From contig JAMDHS010000028.1 of the NCBI GenBank assembly GCA_029717555.1, forward strand, positions 186,001 through 236,078: a stretch of DNA of 50,078 bases, written 5' to 3'. The position numbers were made by a program, and so were the translations under genes. How positions within the stretch are numbered: position 1 is the first letter of the stretch; each line of letters starts with the position of its first letter. The stretch comes from Peribolospora baueri. Taxonomy: Eukaryota. Below the pieces are notes generated by a model, which saw nothing but the letters and a program-made list of their open reading frames with translations, was not told the origin of the DNA and ran no database searches. Below are positions 50,029 to 50,078 of the stretch, piece by piece.

Positions 50029-50078
<50 letters not shown>
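50029..50078. repeat. T50 homopolymer at the window end
   Basis: The T run reaches the last base and lies inside a quinone reductase intron. It may mark a contig break. Confidence 0.9.

Overview
Eukaryotic, GC-rich, intron-dense fungal DNA. GTGAGY/GTGCGT/GTAAGY donors, CTRAC-type branch points and roughly 70-290 nt introns suggest a basidiomycete yeast (inference). Most of the ORF track is antisense or exon-fragment noise, so I rebuilt the genes by hand across introns. Apparently intact genes: an amidase (partial), a secreted bacterial-type nucleotide pyrophosphatase/phosphodiesterase, class II eIF4E, an intronless F-box-like protein, QNS1, TRM82, a small Zn2Cys6 factor, a METTL25-like methyltransferase, an MDL-type mitochondrial ABC transporter, the PP2A catalytic subunit, a WLM/Wss1-like protease, an SLC35F transporter, a 3xKH RNA-binding protein and a zeta-crystallin-like quinone reductase (partial). 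The main signal is a set of broken accessory genes between these intact ones: a carboxylesterase with an internal deletion and a frameshift, an SDR relic, a frameshifted DOPA-dioxygenase exon, a doubly frameshifted secreted protein, a Zn2Cys6 factor fused to an inverted coding fragment, and several orphan exons. This looks like ongoing gene loss, possibly fractionation after hybridisation or duplication (inference). Other observations are three Pho4-type GCACGTT boxes upstream of the phosphodiesterase and several 6-14 nt micro-exons. I saw no rRNA, tRNA, CRISPR array or recognisable transposon.
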